From Vicugna vicugna (lineage: Eukaryota): a DNA stretch of 64,000 nt. This document shows positions 39,301 through 52,060 of the stretch, piece after piece. The DNA is taken from the NCBI GenBank assembly GCA_013265495.1, contig MU063893.1, positions 2,406,476 to 2,470,475 of the forward strand, written 5' to 3'. Each line of letters opens with the position of its first letter. The stretch's first letter is position 1. The notes beneath the pieces were generated by a model. That model made no database searches. It saw only the letters and a program-made list of their open reading frames with translations, and was not told the DNA's origin. The position numbers and the translations under genes are program-made.

Positions 39301-41965
39301 TGGACTGTAACACAGGGAGGGGCAGTGCAAGGTGTTTCTCACACCCGGCGAGGAGGGACACGGGTGGTGCCATGGAACTTCCTCGTCTGTGCACGGTTGT
39401 GTGAGGAAGCTCCTAACAGCGGACCTGGCCTTTTTGTGATCATGGCATGCTTTCTGACAGTAATATTTTTGCATCCTCCTTGACATACAGAACACCAAAC
39501 AAATTAGCAATGCTCACTCCATCACCACTGAGGTAAAACAGTGTCTCTTGGAGTCTTTAAAAGCACCTCGCTCTCTTTACCTGTTGACTGCCCCGCCAAG
39601 GCATCACGGAGATTATATGGGCCTTGAGCCAATGTTCTAGCATGTTCCAGGACACAGGACAACTAATTTGGCGATGGGTTCATATCCTATTAAGCCTTCT
39701 TCATAGTAACATGCACACCCAGTTATGGCGAAAATGCCCTGCATGCATTTTGCAACACTCTGGGAACAGGCTGGTGGTTCTTATGTGACTCTGCTGGGCC
39801 ACTGGAGAATCACTGGGCTGGCCCATGATAAGCATGGTTGTTCTCTCCACGTGAGCACAGGATGCGGCGGTGTTGGTTTTAGTAACTTGCTTCTCAGGGT
39901 TATGTGATTCTTCAATGTTTAAAGTTTATGGTTAGTTGGTCTAACAAGTTAGACCCTATTTTAAGAGATCTTAATTGAAAAGACAAGCACATTCAACTGT
40001 CCAAGGGAAACTTAGCAGGGGAGCCAAGAGTCCTCAACTGAACCATCGCTGCTTAGCAGGCCAGTGTTTCCTAATTATTGGAGAATTAACCCCAAACTAA
40101 TGAAATCATGTGAAAAGCACTTTGTTACTTACAAGAGCAACAAGTATTTGTTATAAACCACCCCATTCCCATCTCCGAGTCAACTGTGAGCTCCTTGAGG
40201 GCAAGGATTCCACTCTTGGACTGGATAGTTTCAGAGCCACCATAGCACCCGGGCACACAGTAGGTGCTCAATAAGTGTTCAGAGCTTGATGGTCCTACGA
40301 CTGACAAGATTCCAGCTGAGGGAGAGGAAGACTCCAGGCTTGGAGTTTGGGTTAGGATAGGGTTTTCAAACATTTTTGACTGTGGCCTCCAGTAATAAAT
40401 ATACTTCACATCAGGACAAAAATATATACTCTCTCTGTCTCTGTCTCTGTCTCTCTCCCTTTCTCAGAACCCCATAAACCACCACCCATCTTTCCTTAGG
40501 TTGAAACACTTCATTACACGAAGCATGGGATGAGACTGGATTTTACTAATGTACAAATATCCATAATGTACAATTTCCTCCTTTGACTCTGGAATCTAAA
40601 CAGATGGGTTATGTTCCCCAAAATCCACAATCCTGTACAGTGACCACGGCACTCCTAAAGAATTTCATTCTAAATATAGAGAGGTATTTCTCTGCAGAAG
40701 AATATCCCAGCAACTTGGTTCTACTATATAATTAAATCCACCCAGATACTTTGCAGTTATGTTTTATAGCTTATTTTGAGTGTTCACATTTTATCAGAAA
40801 ATTATAATTTTCCTCTAAACATGAGTTTTTACAAGGCTTTTGAGTTATGATGGCTGGCTTCATGTTTCAACTACAAGGAAAACAGTGAAAAGAAATAGCA
40901 AAACTGCATATCACATGTGGTTCTAAAGAATGCTTGGTCCTCTAATCCCCCCAACTTTGCCACGCCCTGTGACCCCAGGTGCTCTGAACAGCAGTGGTGA
41001 CCCCCAGTTTGACCACTTGGTAGGAGCAGCTGGTTTTAGAAAGGACAAGAACGGCCTGGGAGGAAGGGATGAGGACGCCTCATTCTTTGCGTATGTCCAG
41101 ACTCAGTTGGACTGTCTCTTCCTCAGAGAAGCTTCCTGGCCCTTTAACCCCCTATCATTTTCTCACCTTGCCCTCCCTCCCCCTTTATAACACTCACTGT
41201 CTCATGAACTGTAATGACATCCATTTGTTAGTTGAGAAGCTGTCGGCTTCCCCACTAGACCATCAACTCCAAGAGGACCAATGGGCCAATGTAACGTCTT
41301 CTTTATTCAGCACCATATAGCCAACTTCTTAACATGTGTTAGACATTCGATATAAGTTTGTTGAATTAGAAAAATGAATGAATGAATCAGAGAACACAGA
41401 AGCATCCCGACAGCAGTTCTGGAAGCAGCTCTGTCAGGACATGCTTCTGAAGGGCTCTGTTTTCCCTTCCCCTCCCCCAGCACTCCCCACCGCTCCCCTC
41501 CCACCACACACACACACATACCAAGGACCCAAACGTGAGTCTGCCAACTCCTGGCCCAACCTAACCAATCCAGCCAGAAAACCCCTCCCACATCGCTCAG
41601 ACAGGAGACTCTGTCCCAGGAAAGACTAGCCCATCTCCACGAAGCCTGCTGTTGGGTCCCCAGGGAACCCTCGCTCAGCAGGGGGACCTCAGAACACACA
41701 GAAGCCGCTGAGTTATTTACAGTGATGCCCACAGAGGAGCAAGGTAGATCTGGGCCAGCAGAGCATCCCCATCTGCTCCCGGTGGGCCCTCAGCCACGGC
41801 TCTTTTGTCCATGAGCCTTTATATTCTTCTTTATGTCCTTGCAGGAGAAATCTCCTAGTTGTTGGTCACGGGTGAGTCTCACCAGAAGGTTTATCATGGA
41901 CTATATTGCCACTGAGGTGACTGTGGCTCCCTTGTGTCCTAACTCTGCTTGTTGCTTTCCATCAG

Positions 41966-42082
41966 GCGTCGGGTTTGGAGTCCAAACAAGTAGCCAACAG
42001 TGTCCTGTTTTTACGCGACAAAAGATGGAAAGAGGTCAGAAGTGTCCTGACTTCTGCTTTCACTCCTGAAAAGCTGAATGAG
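41966..42082 (+). CDS. TBXAS1: TBXAS1 exon 5 (117 bp)
   Basis: ttccatcag|GCGTCG...AATGAG|gtaaga. Translates [39 protein letters not shown], containing the helix-C WxxxR motif. Confidence 0.97.
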
Positions 42083-42409
42083 GTAAGACACGGGAAACAC
42101 AGGCTCTTCCGTAGGAACAGGTTTCTTCTCTTCAAATTGTGACAGGCAGCTGCTTCACGTTGTGTCACCTGCCCGGGTGGCATATCAAAATGCCCTGCCT
42201 GTTGTTGTTGCAGCCTTCAAACCTCCCTATGATCCAAAAAGCCAGGATCCTGGAGTATCTTTCACTTCTCCAGCCTTCCACATCCCCAGCTGCCACGAAT
42301 CTATTATGAATCAGCAAGCATTTGCTGTGTGCCTGCTAAGTCCCAAGGCTCTGCCCCTACCCGGCACCTGGGGGGCAGCCAGGAGCAAGCTGGAGGGGTC
42401 TCCTCATCC

Positions 42410-42560
42410 TTTCATGTGTAATGGATCACCTGGGGATCTGGTCAAAATGCAGATTCAGATTCAGCAGGTCTGGGGTGGGACCTGAGATTCTGCATGTCTA
42501 ACAAGCCCCCAGGTGATGCGGATCCTTCTGAACAGTGAACCACACTTTATACAGCAAGGC
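42410..42560. mobile_element. MER5A MITE
   Basis: atcacctggggatctggtcaaaatgcagattc...gacctgagattctgcatgtctaacaagcccccaggtgatgc. Confidence 0.8.
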
Positions 42561-43139
42561 ACTCGAGAACATCGTGAAACAAAGCTGAGCTTTGAGTCAA
42601 GTCTGAAATAGGAAAGAGACAGCCATGGATTATCGGGGAGAAGTATGAGGCTGTCCTTTGCAGGACTATGGATGGCAGGTGTGCCCAGGATAACCTTCGC
42701 GGCCAAGTCAGAGAGAAGAGCCTCATTTACAAGATGCTCTTAAACCCGGGGTTCCCTCCTTCCCCACCCAGGGGCCCACCTTCCCTACCTGGTGCACAAA
42801 CAAAACATACTGTGTGTCCTGCTTCCTGGCCAAGTTCTCTCACACTTGATCCTCACTGATGGCCCCTCAATTGCTGGTCTGGCTTTGATATCTCCTCTGA
42901 ATTCTGCAACAGCAACAGTTCAGGACTGAGTCCTTGAGCACCCTCTGATGTGAAGTGGCTAAGGGGCTGCCTCAGTCTGAGTCCCAGGTGCACTGGTAAC
43001 TCCAAAGCAACTGCCCTTCCACAGCCATCCACCACATCTAGCTGTTCCAGAATGCCTGGGCTTGGTTGAATACATGAGTCTCAGTTTATAGCACCAGCTA
43101 ATACACACAGCATTATTAAGTGTGTATCAGCACACTTAA

Positions 43140-43310
43140 TCCTCAGCACATCCTGGTGAGGCAAATACTATTATCACACCCATTTTACAGATGAGGCAGC
43201 TGAGGCACAAAGAGATTAAGTAACATGCGTCATGTCACACAGCTAGTAAGTGTGGCAAAGCCAAGGTTAGACCCCAGCTCCAGAAGTCTCTTAACCTCTC
43301 TGCTTGATTG
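43140..43310 (-). mobile_element. MIR SINE
   Basis: cccattttacagatgaggcagctgaggcacaaagagattaagtaac...gtcacacagctagtaagtg. Confidence 0.8.
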
Positions 43311-45039
43311 CTTCTCTTATCTCCCTGTGATTTGCCATGTCCTGAAGCTCCCTAGGACTGTCCCAGGGGTTGTTAGAAGGGTGGAGCAAATGGTACCTCT
43401 GTGGAAACCTAGCAGGATCAGAAGCAACACCCCTCTATTTTCTGCCTAAGTTTGGAACCAGCTGAGGTGTGGAAACAGGTTTCAGACAGAAACCTCCTTT
43501 CTCATTGGCAAAACTGTTTGAGAAATGGAGCCCTGCGCTCTGGCGGTGGGGGGCTTGCTAACACTTTTCCCGGAATGGGACAACTACAGCCTCCCCGACA
43601 GCAGTGCGGCAGAGAGCACACGCCAGTGTGGACCCCAGATCCCACCCGGCTCGCCCATGCGTGCTCAGTTCCTTCTTCCCATGCCCCAGCCTGCTAAGGG
43701 TGGGGGTGCTGCGCAGGGCTCAGCCCTCCTCGGCTGCAGGTGCACGCTGGAGTCACCTGGGGAGCCTTGAAGACCACTCCTGTCTGGGTTGCACATCTAG
43801 AAGTTGAGATTAAATTGGTTTGGTTTGGAATGCAGCCTGGGTCTGAGGGGGTGTTACAGCTCCCCAGGCGATTCCACCGTGAAGCCAGAGCCGGCAACCA
43901 CCACAAGTCAAAGTTCCCCACAAAGAAACTGGAGGAGGGGGGCGTCCTGCTTCAGCCGGAGCCAGAAGCCCTGTTCCACATTTAGCTGTGTTAATATACT
44001 GAGGTTTCACAGGAGAATTTGTTCAAAGGAAGGGCTGCTCCTTTAAAAAGGTGTTAAGCATATTTTGGTCGCCTTTATTACATCTAGTCGCTAAAAATGT
44101 TGAGTTACCCAAAAGAGAGGGTGGGCAGGAGAGGTAGATAAACCATGGGTTGACATTACTAGCTCAAACATGTTGCATCATACTTCCGGATTCGTGAGTA
44201 GACAATGGCTTGACAGCCCAATAGATGCAGAAAGAATTTCGTTGTTTGTTAAAAAAGAAATTGATGAAGGGTNNNNNNNNNNNNNNNNNNNNNNNNNNNN
44301 NNNNNNNNNNNNNNNNNNNNNNNNNNNNNNNNNNNNNNNNNNNNNNNNNNNNNNNNNNNNNNNNNNNNNNNNNNNNNNNNNNNNNNNNNNNNNNNNNNNN
44401 NNNNNNNNNNNNNNNNNNNNNNNNNNNNNNNNNNNNNNNNNNNNNNNNNNNNNNNNNACTGTCTTGAACCCTGTTTCTTTCGGAGGGGGGAAAGGATATT
44501 ATCAGGGTCTAGATTTCTTTAGCATATTACAGGGTATATGCCAGAAACAGATAGTGTCATTGCCCAAACAAATTCAGTGCTCCTGGGATCCAAAGCATTT
44601 TCTCCTTCTGGCTCAGGAATTAAATTCCTAGTGCCTGAATTAGTTGCAGAAAATAGAGTTCCTTTAAGTTGTTCATAATACTAATATGCCTTGGAGAAAG
44701 AGGGTGGTCATAAATTAGAGGGAAGAGGGAGGGAAAGAAATTTCATAGACTCCTTGGATTTTGCTTCAGTTCTAGCTCATTGTATAACATATTCTACCAG
44801 GAAACTTAAAGCTCCATTGGAAATCATCTTTCTACTCAATGTAGTTCAATTTAGGTTCTCGGGTTTCATTTGAAAGGAGCAGAGGTAGTGAATCAGCTTT
44901 CTCCCTCCCTCTGGAGAGGTTAGACCTGGTGAGTTTAAAGTTTCTGGGAGGCATCTAAGTAGATGCATCAGGCAGAAAGCTGGCTGCAGATCTGGCACTT
45001 GGGAGAGAAGGGTAGGAAAGATGGTCATCAAAAACACAG

Positions 45040-45237
45040 GCATGTGATATACAGCATAAGGAACATGATCAATAACTTTGTATGGGGACAGATGGTTACT
45101 AGACTCACGTGGTGATCATTTCATAATGCATGCAAATATCAAATCACTACGTAGTACACCTGAAACTAACATAATATTGTACATCAACTATATTCTAATT
45201 AAAAGAAGAAGAAATGTTTTTAAAAAAAGAAAAAAAC
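45040..45237 (+). mobile_element. L1 (L1MA-like) 3' end with A-rich tail
   Basis: gtggtgatcatttcataatg...aatcacta...tacacctgaaactaacataatattgtacatcaactata followed by an A-rich tail. Confidence 0.85.
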
Positions 45238-45914
45238 GTATGGTTGAGGTCACTATAGGAATGTGTTTAGAGTAAGAGGGTGAGGGGCAGAGGGGAGACC
45301 GACAGACCACTCAGAAAGAACAGCTTGAAGCACAGGAGAATGTGGAAGGAGGAGCCAAGAAAGGAGGGGCAGCCAAAGGTGTTAAGTGCTGGTTAAACAG
45401 AAAGGAGCACGAGGACTAAAAAGTACGTGACAAAGATAATAGTTTTCTAACGTTGAGCCAATGTCTATGTGTTTCATGCTCCATGAATTGTGTCTCCTGT
45501 GATTTTCTGTCCTCCACTGAATCCTTGCTTCAGAAGGAGGCAGCAAGTGCCATCCAGAACAAGGAGATGGCAGCTCAATTTTGCACGTTAGGTTTTCTTG
45601 AGCCCTACTGAAGCCATGCTGTGTTGGGAGTGAAAAGTCTTTCCTAATTCCCAAACAGGTCCCTTTGCATATGAAGAGCATGGTTTTGGGCTCTGAGCAT
45701 GGAGCCTCCTCTACATGGAGGTGTTGCCATGATGGAGGATCTGACAAGGGAAGGGTTCCTAGCCTACGGAAGAGGGATGGAGGGGAGGAGGGAGGGAGGG
45801 CTGGCTGCCAGACATCAGGGTCCTCCTGACTGTCTCCTTCCCTAGCGTTTGTGACCCTCCAGGTTTCTGGATGGTTCCTTGGAATTTAACCTCACAGTGG
45901 CCTTTGATTTTCAG

Positions 45915-46110
45915 GTCACTGGTTCTCAAACTCTGTGTAACCAAGGGTTGCACCAACAACACCTACGACCCTTAAACTAAAATATGTAATTCCAGCCACC
46001 CCAGGACCTGCAGAAGGAGAATTTCTAGGGTGGCTGAGAATCTGTACATTTCACAAGTTCCCTGCATGATTCCGATTAGAGCCTGAGGTGAAAGCACTTG
46101 TGATGAGTCT
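45915..46110. mobile_element. MER5B-like MITE
   Basis: cactggttctcaaact...gagaatctgtacatttcacaagttccc...tgattccga. Confidence 0.6.
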
Positions 46111-46312
46111 TCTTGATCCCTCGTCTGACCATCTCAGACCCACAGCCTCCCTAGGCTTGCACGAACTGGGCCCAGAACCCCCAACTCCCTTTCCTGCTTT
46201 ATTTTTCTCTGTAGGACTAGCTCACTGGCTGACATTCTGTTTATTTTACTTGTTTTTTCTTTGTTGTTGTCTGTAGCACAAAGCACAGAATGGGTACTCA
46301 GTAATGATTTGC

Positions 46313-46346
46313 TGGATGGATGGATGGATGGATGGATAGATGGATG
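46313..46346. repeat. (TGGA)n microsatellite, probably an L2 tail
   Basis: Read directly; follows an L2-like 3' end (gggtactcagtaatgatttgc). Confidence 0.85.
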
Positions 46347-47039
46347 AGGAATCAAAGAACCAGGAAGCTTTCTAAGGACTGAGATAAAGAGGAATAAACG
46401 GGAAATAATTTCATCAAAGAAAAATTGTTGACTTCCTCTTTAGAGGGTCACAAGTATATGCGTGAAGAAACAGGGAAAGCAGGTCACAAAGACAAAGAGG
46501 AGAATGAGGCTCACAGAGGGCCTGGGGCGGAGGAGACAGACACAAGAGAAGCCCAGGGAACCCACAGGAGCTCACACTTCACTGGGACGCGGTACCTGAG
46601 TCAGTTTTCCCGAGGGTATAGCTTTGAAATACCAACACCCTAGCCTTTCTGAATTCGTAAGTAGCTCCTGGACATTTATTATCAAACTTCAGAGTTTATT
46701 CTTGAAATAAAGATTTGTTTTCTTTTGGAATTCTGAGAGTTTTCCCTTCAGCCCCTGGCAGCCTAAGTCCTTTACTCTGTCTGTAAGTGTCATTAACACT
46801 CAAAAGCTCTGGACGGCACTGTCTTTATTTGTGTGGATATTAGGCTACTCTGGCCACCAATGCGTGAAAGTTAGTTTAAAAATCAGCATTTGATCATGAA
46901 TCCATACTGTTGTTTAAAATAAAATTGGTTTTTGGTTTACACCTTACCAGGAAATAATAGATACAGAGAAAGAACTAGTGAACATTTGATTGACACATCC
47001 CTGATTCTGGAAGAGACCATCAAAATCATAGTCTAGTGA

Positions 47040-47700
47040 CAGACAAGTTATTGGGATTTATATTAAAGGATGGCTGAGCATTGCTAGGAAAACAACTGAC
47101 AGATTTATTAGGGAAAATTTTGTCTGATTAATCTGCCAGAATTTTCACCCCATCTCCTAAAAGATTAATTTTTCAAAAGGGGCAACTGGTAGATTTATTT
47201 AGATTTTTCTTTTTTTTTTTTTACCAACTTTTTTGCTATGTTCTTTACCAAAGACTATTAATATGTAACCCTGGGATTGTGTAAAACTTTATGAATGGTC
47301 AGGGAGTAAATCAATTTAATTTCAAGAAACAAAACAAAATTAATCCTTCTCTGGGTTTCCCTCAGAAACAGGATTATAAAAAACAGGATTCTCTAGGGAC
47401 CCAGGCTAGCACTCATTTTATTTTTAAATTTTATAACTCATCTGAAAGAAGGAGAACACCATGAAATTTATGCATTTGTATATTTCTCTAAGCTCATCTG
47501 ATCTGAAAAATATTAAATCAATTGGAATAAGTTTCTAAGACTCTTCTAAGATTGTATAAGTCTGCACAAAAGTGGCAGGTACCCTTCAGTGTAAGCAAGA
47601 ATAAAATAATGCATTTAGGAGAAAAGCATTTAAACTGTACTTATATGATAATGAACTTCAAGCTCTGCATTACTACCAAGAAAACAGATTTGAAATCATT
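47040..47700 (+). mobile_element. L3/CR1 LINE reverse-transcriptase remnant
   Basis: The track ORF 47552..47779 reads KWQVPFSVSKNKIMHLGEK...YMIM..KL.ITT...DL, resembling CR1 RT C-terminal WQM.FN..KCKVMHLG. Degenerate upstream GVPQG/FIND-like sequence. Confidence 0.7.
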
Positions 47701-49079
47701 GAGGACTGAAGAGGCCCCATGGTCATCTAATTCAGTGAAATATTGCAGACCAGCTTCTTCTATTCACTATGCATCTTAAAGGCTTGGAGGTAGGGGGAAA
47801 GTCCAGGAAAGAAATCTGTTTAATTTTGTTTATTCTGGATTCAAATAAGTTTTCATTAAGTGAAAACATGGGGAGTTAACATCACATTCACCTGCTGAGG
47901 GAAATGGGGCTATTGGGCACTATGCCTTTGGAGGTAGATTTCACGGGGAATTCTGTTATTAGGTACCTCTGACAGAGACCAGGCTCCTAATTGGATGGAC
48001 AACAGATCCAACCCAATATGGCAGCTTGAATCTTCTCAGTCCTCAAAGCCCAAGAGAAGTGATAGACATTTCACCCAGATGACTAAGCTGATGGTGACCC
48101 ACTGAGTAGATGGAAGAGACCTGATAGCTTCCTACATGAGAGCCTGGAGCTGGGTGTGTGTGTCACTCAACAGTAAGAGCCAATCAGCTCCGGGCATGGG
48201 GATTCAGTTAACGAAAAGTCAGACCCACAGGGAAAGCTGGTATCCCTCACGGTTGCTGTGCATCCAGCCCAATGCCTAATTTTTCACTTTCATCCAGATG
48301 TTTCCTGTCAGGAAGGCACAGTCAATAATGTATGAATCTTAAAGGCGGAGACAGATGTGGTTATTATCCCCTCTAGGCCTTTCTTGCCGTGGAGAAGACA
48401 TATTACTCGAGAATGACTACAATTTTTTTTTTAAAAAATTTAAGTTGATACAGCAGACTTATGAGTAAATGCATAGCTACGACCATTTCAGAGCAAAAGT
48501 CTTTGCAGAATTACAGTCATCACCATAGCTTAGTTTGGCCTTTAAAATTTCACTGTAAACTCCTCAGACAATCACACAAAAGGGCTTCTAAAACAGAACG
48601 CAGTCTTTCTGTAATGTTGGAGCAAGGAGCTTTCTCTGGGCTGCATCGGCCTCCAGACACCTATTTTTAATATTTGCTTTTGTTTCTTAATCCTTCCAGA
48701 CAATAAAAATGAGAGTCATTATAACCAAGTGTGACTGAGGTAATAAATACTTCAGAGTCCAAAAATATACTGTCCCTTCCTGCTCAGCTGCCCATTTTCC
48801 AGAATGTCTAGGTACTTAGCTAGCAGCAAGAGACCATTATCCTGCGATGTAGTTGTATTCCACTGACACCTAATCTCCCAATTAAAATCGGTGAAATGAT
48901 GAACTGTTTAAATTCTGGTTAAAATGCTCCTTCTCCGTTCCCATTCGAAAGAAAACACACTCCTCATCACAGGCACCCCATCCTGGGTTATAATTTGGTC
49001 TTCCTTTGCCAGCATCATCATGTCACTCCGACTTGCTGCTGGTTAAACCTGAAAGAGCATCTCAATGTGCCTCCCGGCT

Positions 49080-49240
49080 TGGCTGTTGCTTAGCAACACG
49101 GGCAGACACCGCCTCCTTGGGCTGAGTTCTAATTGGTCACAGCTCCTGACAGGAGCCCCTGACTTACTAGAAATGATACTTGATTACTCACCTAGATGGC
49201 TAGAGCTGATACTTATCAGCAGGAAATTTTGCATAAAATA
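49080..49240. promoter_or_regulatory. Candidate intronic haematopoietic enhancer
   Basis: RFX X-box GTTGCTTAGCAAC (49085-97), palindromic double GATA GCTGATActTATCAGC (49205-20), ETS-like CAGGAAAT and C/EBP-like TTGCATAA (49229-36). Motif evidence only. Confidence 0.4.
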
Positions 49241-51091
49241 AGTCATGGATGTTTTTAATATCTGGATGGCCGAAGGAGGTTACGAGTTCCATTCACTGGT
49301 GCTGATTTTCCGTTTGTCACCAGTTTAGAGCACTCTCAGGAATTAATTTTTCTATTTTTTTAATCGAACAGCATGTTTAAATACCGTCTCCCGTCCTCAC
49401 TAGCTGACCCTTATTTATTCAGAAAATCCCCTTTGATATCAGTTCCCAAACAGTGTTGCCCACAAGTCGAAGAATGCCAGACAGAATGAAATGTTAAATT
49501 CATAAAATTCAGCCAGTATTTATTAGCTCCTGTCTTTAAGGGGTTTATATTGTAGAAGGGCAACAAAGTGCCTAAATTCCTACATTATCACCAGGACGGT
49601 GACAGAGTTCACATCTTCTCTTGAGCATCAGAAACCACTTTCGGGGGCAGGGAGTGAGCAGCACTGGAACTGAGCCCTGATGATCTTGCTGAGTTCTGAC
49701 AGAGGGAGAAGGTGCGTTGTGGGTGGAATGAGCTGCAGGAACAAAGGCATCTGGACAGAAAGTACTGGGTGCGTTCAGGGACTCAAGGAGTACAAATTGG
49801 CTGGAACACGGAGTACATGTAAGGGATTAGTGAGAGAAAACTGGAAGACTCGGTAGAGGCATGGAGCCCGCTGTTCTGTGCCAGGGGGATGCTTGGTGCA
49901 AACTTCACTGGAGACCGAGGAGCTATTAAATACTTGAAAGTGGGGGAGTGAGGAAGAGGGGTTCCATTTCAGCTATTTAGCCTCCAAGATGCTAGACGTT
50001 TCCCTGCCCCATGGGGCAAACACTTCTGGAGGGGATGAGGGGAACTGCAAGTTGTCTCTCTGGAGTCTCTGCTCCGCCGTGGCCCCAAGGTGGGCAGCTC
50101 CCTGGGGCCGTGTTTGATCTCAGAGCAGCGGCCTCTCCTAGGGCTCTTCTCTGAATCCCTCTTCATGTGTGGGCAGATGTGTCACCCAGTCTACACCCCA
50201 TCCATGTGTGGGGGGCATCTCAGCTTAGAGGTCTAAGTTAACACAGGAGAGATGCTCTCCTTCCCTCCTCCTGCTCAGGAAATCTGTCTTCCCCACCACT
50301 CAGGCCAACTCCATTCTCCAAACTGCTGGAGTGCTAGAGGCTTAATGGTGTTTGTTTGTTTTTCAAGTTTATGACATCAGAGCTACACCGAGTGAAATTA
50401 TAACCTAGACGTTAATTAATTGAAGAGTAAAAGGAATGTGGATGCTGATTTTGGAGGAAAAAAACAAGCCAGAAGTCAGCGGATCTGGAGTTCTGACTCT
50501 TACTTTTATGAGATCATGTGAACGTAAATATAACCAGATTCTGCCATTTAGATCTTTATGTAATTCTGCAGCCAATGCATCAGAGAGATGCCAAAAGGTA
50601 TCTTGGGGATGGCGTAATTACAGGCTTTGCTGCCCCCAACTAGGAAGTTGCCCATTCTTTCCATGGTCTGCAGGCAACTGTCTCAACTGGTGCTTAGTGA
50701 TCTTGGAATCGTAGGATGTCCATGGAAAGGGACTTTAATGCTCTTTGCAGTCAGCCCTTCATCTGGGGGTGAAGACTCAAGTTCAGAGAGATTCGAAGGA
50801 CTTGTCCAAAGTAAGAGGTAGGTCATCATGGATCTCAGGTCTTTCATTCAGACCCAGCTCCCAGCAAACTGCACTGCATTCATGTTACGATAGGAAGAGC
50901 ATCTCAATCTATTAATGTTTTTTGCATACCTTCTATGTCAAGGCCTTCAAGGAACATTCAACCATCCCATAGATATTGCTAGAGAATCAACTGAATGTGT
51001 GGCACTGTGCTCATTCCTGACAGGACAAATACTGAAAACTTCAATAATACATGACAGCATACAAGAGTTGCCACAAGAGTGACACTGAAAG

Positions 51092-51400
51092 TGTATTAGT
51101 TATCTATTGCTGTGTAACAAATTACCCCCCCCAAAAAACTTAGCAGCTTAAAACAACAACCCCTTTATTAGCTCATTGCTTCTGTGGGTCAGGAATTAGT
51201 CTGTGCATGGCTTAGCTGGGTGCCTCTGTCTCAAGGTCAACTAGTCAGACTGTTGACTTTGGCAGTGATCTCATCTGAAGTCTTGATGGGGGTTGGGGGG
51301 AGTGGTGCGGGGAGATCTGCTTCTGAGCTTACTCACATGGTTATTGGTAGGATTCAGCTCCTAACGGGCTTTTGAAGACAGGAAAAGAAGCTTGCCCTAT
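51092..51400 (-). mobile_element. MLT1 (F/G/H-like) MaLR LTR
   Basis: tgtattagttatctattgctgtgtaacaaattacc...aacttagcagcttaaaacaac...ttctgtgggtcaggaatt. Confidence 0.85.
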
Positions 51401-51879
51401 GTCCTTCACCCAGTAGGGATCTCCAAAGAATTTTAGCAAAACATTGCTCAGATAACAAGTGTTGTCAGAAGACCAGTCTAGTGACTGAGTAGGGGATGGA
51501 CTGGAAAATGAAAAGACAGGAGGCCAGGAGGTACTTTCAAAAGCTGCTTTTTTTACAGCACCTATATGCCAGGCACTATACAAGTTACTAAGATGACAAA
51601 GATGCTTAAGATATGGTCTTTGCTTTCAAGAAACAGATGACAGCCATGTACCAGGTGACAGGTGGCAAAGCCTGATTTAGAGTGGTCTCTGGGGAGAGAA
51701 GAATGAAGGGACAGATGCAAGAGAGGAAGAGATGTTAACATGATGAGACAAGAACAGGTCTGTGAGGAAGAGGGAGCAGAGAAGGATGGCAGGCACCCAC
51801 ACTAGTTTGGGAGCATGGGACTCTTCCAGAGAATGGCCACCAGGCTTGGATTAGTCACTGCCTTCTAAACCTTTCACAC

Positions 51880-52060
51880 ATTTTGTTCCTAATCTTTGTC
51901 ACAACTCTTCAAGGGAAGTACTACTATTCCCATTTTGCAGATGAAGAAATAGACCTGTTGAAGTTAAGCAATTTGCCTAAGGTCAAGCAGACCAGAAAGT
52001 GCCAAGGAGAAAAAAGCTAATCATTGGCTTTGAGTGTTTGCTCTCCCCAGGCAAAGTACA
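51880..52060 (-). mobile_element. MIR SINE
   Basis: ttcccattttgcagatgaagaaatagac...gaagttaagcaatttgcctaaggtca. Confidence 0.75.

Noticed and set aside
39938-39955. 8-bp inverted repeat ggtctaac/gttagacc
   Set aside because: Several are expected by chance in a window of this size.
43115-43140. 10-bp perfect inverted repeat attaagtgtg/cacacttaat
   Set aside because: It sits at a MIR edge, and one such hairpin per 64 kb is near chance expectation.
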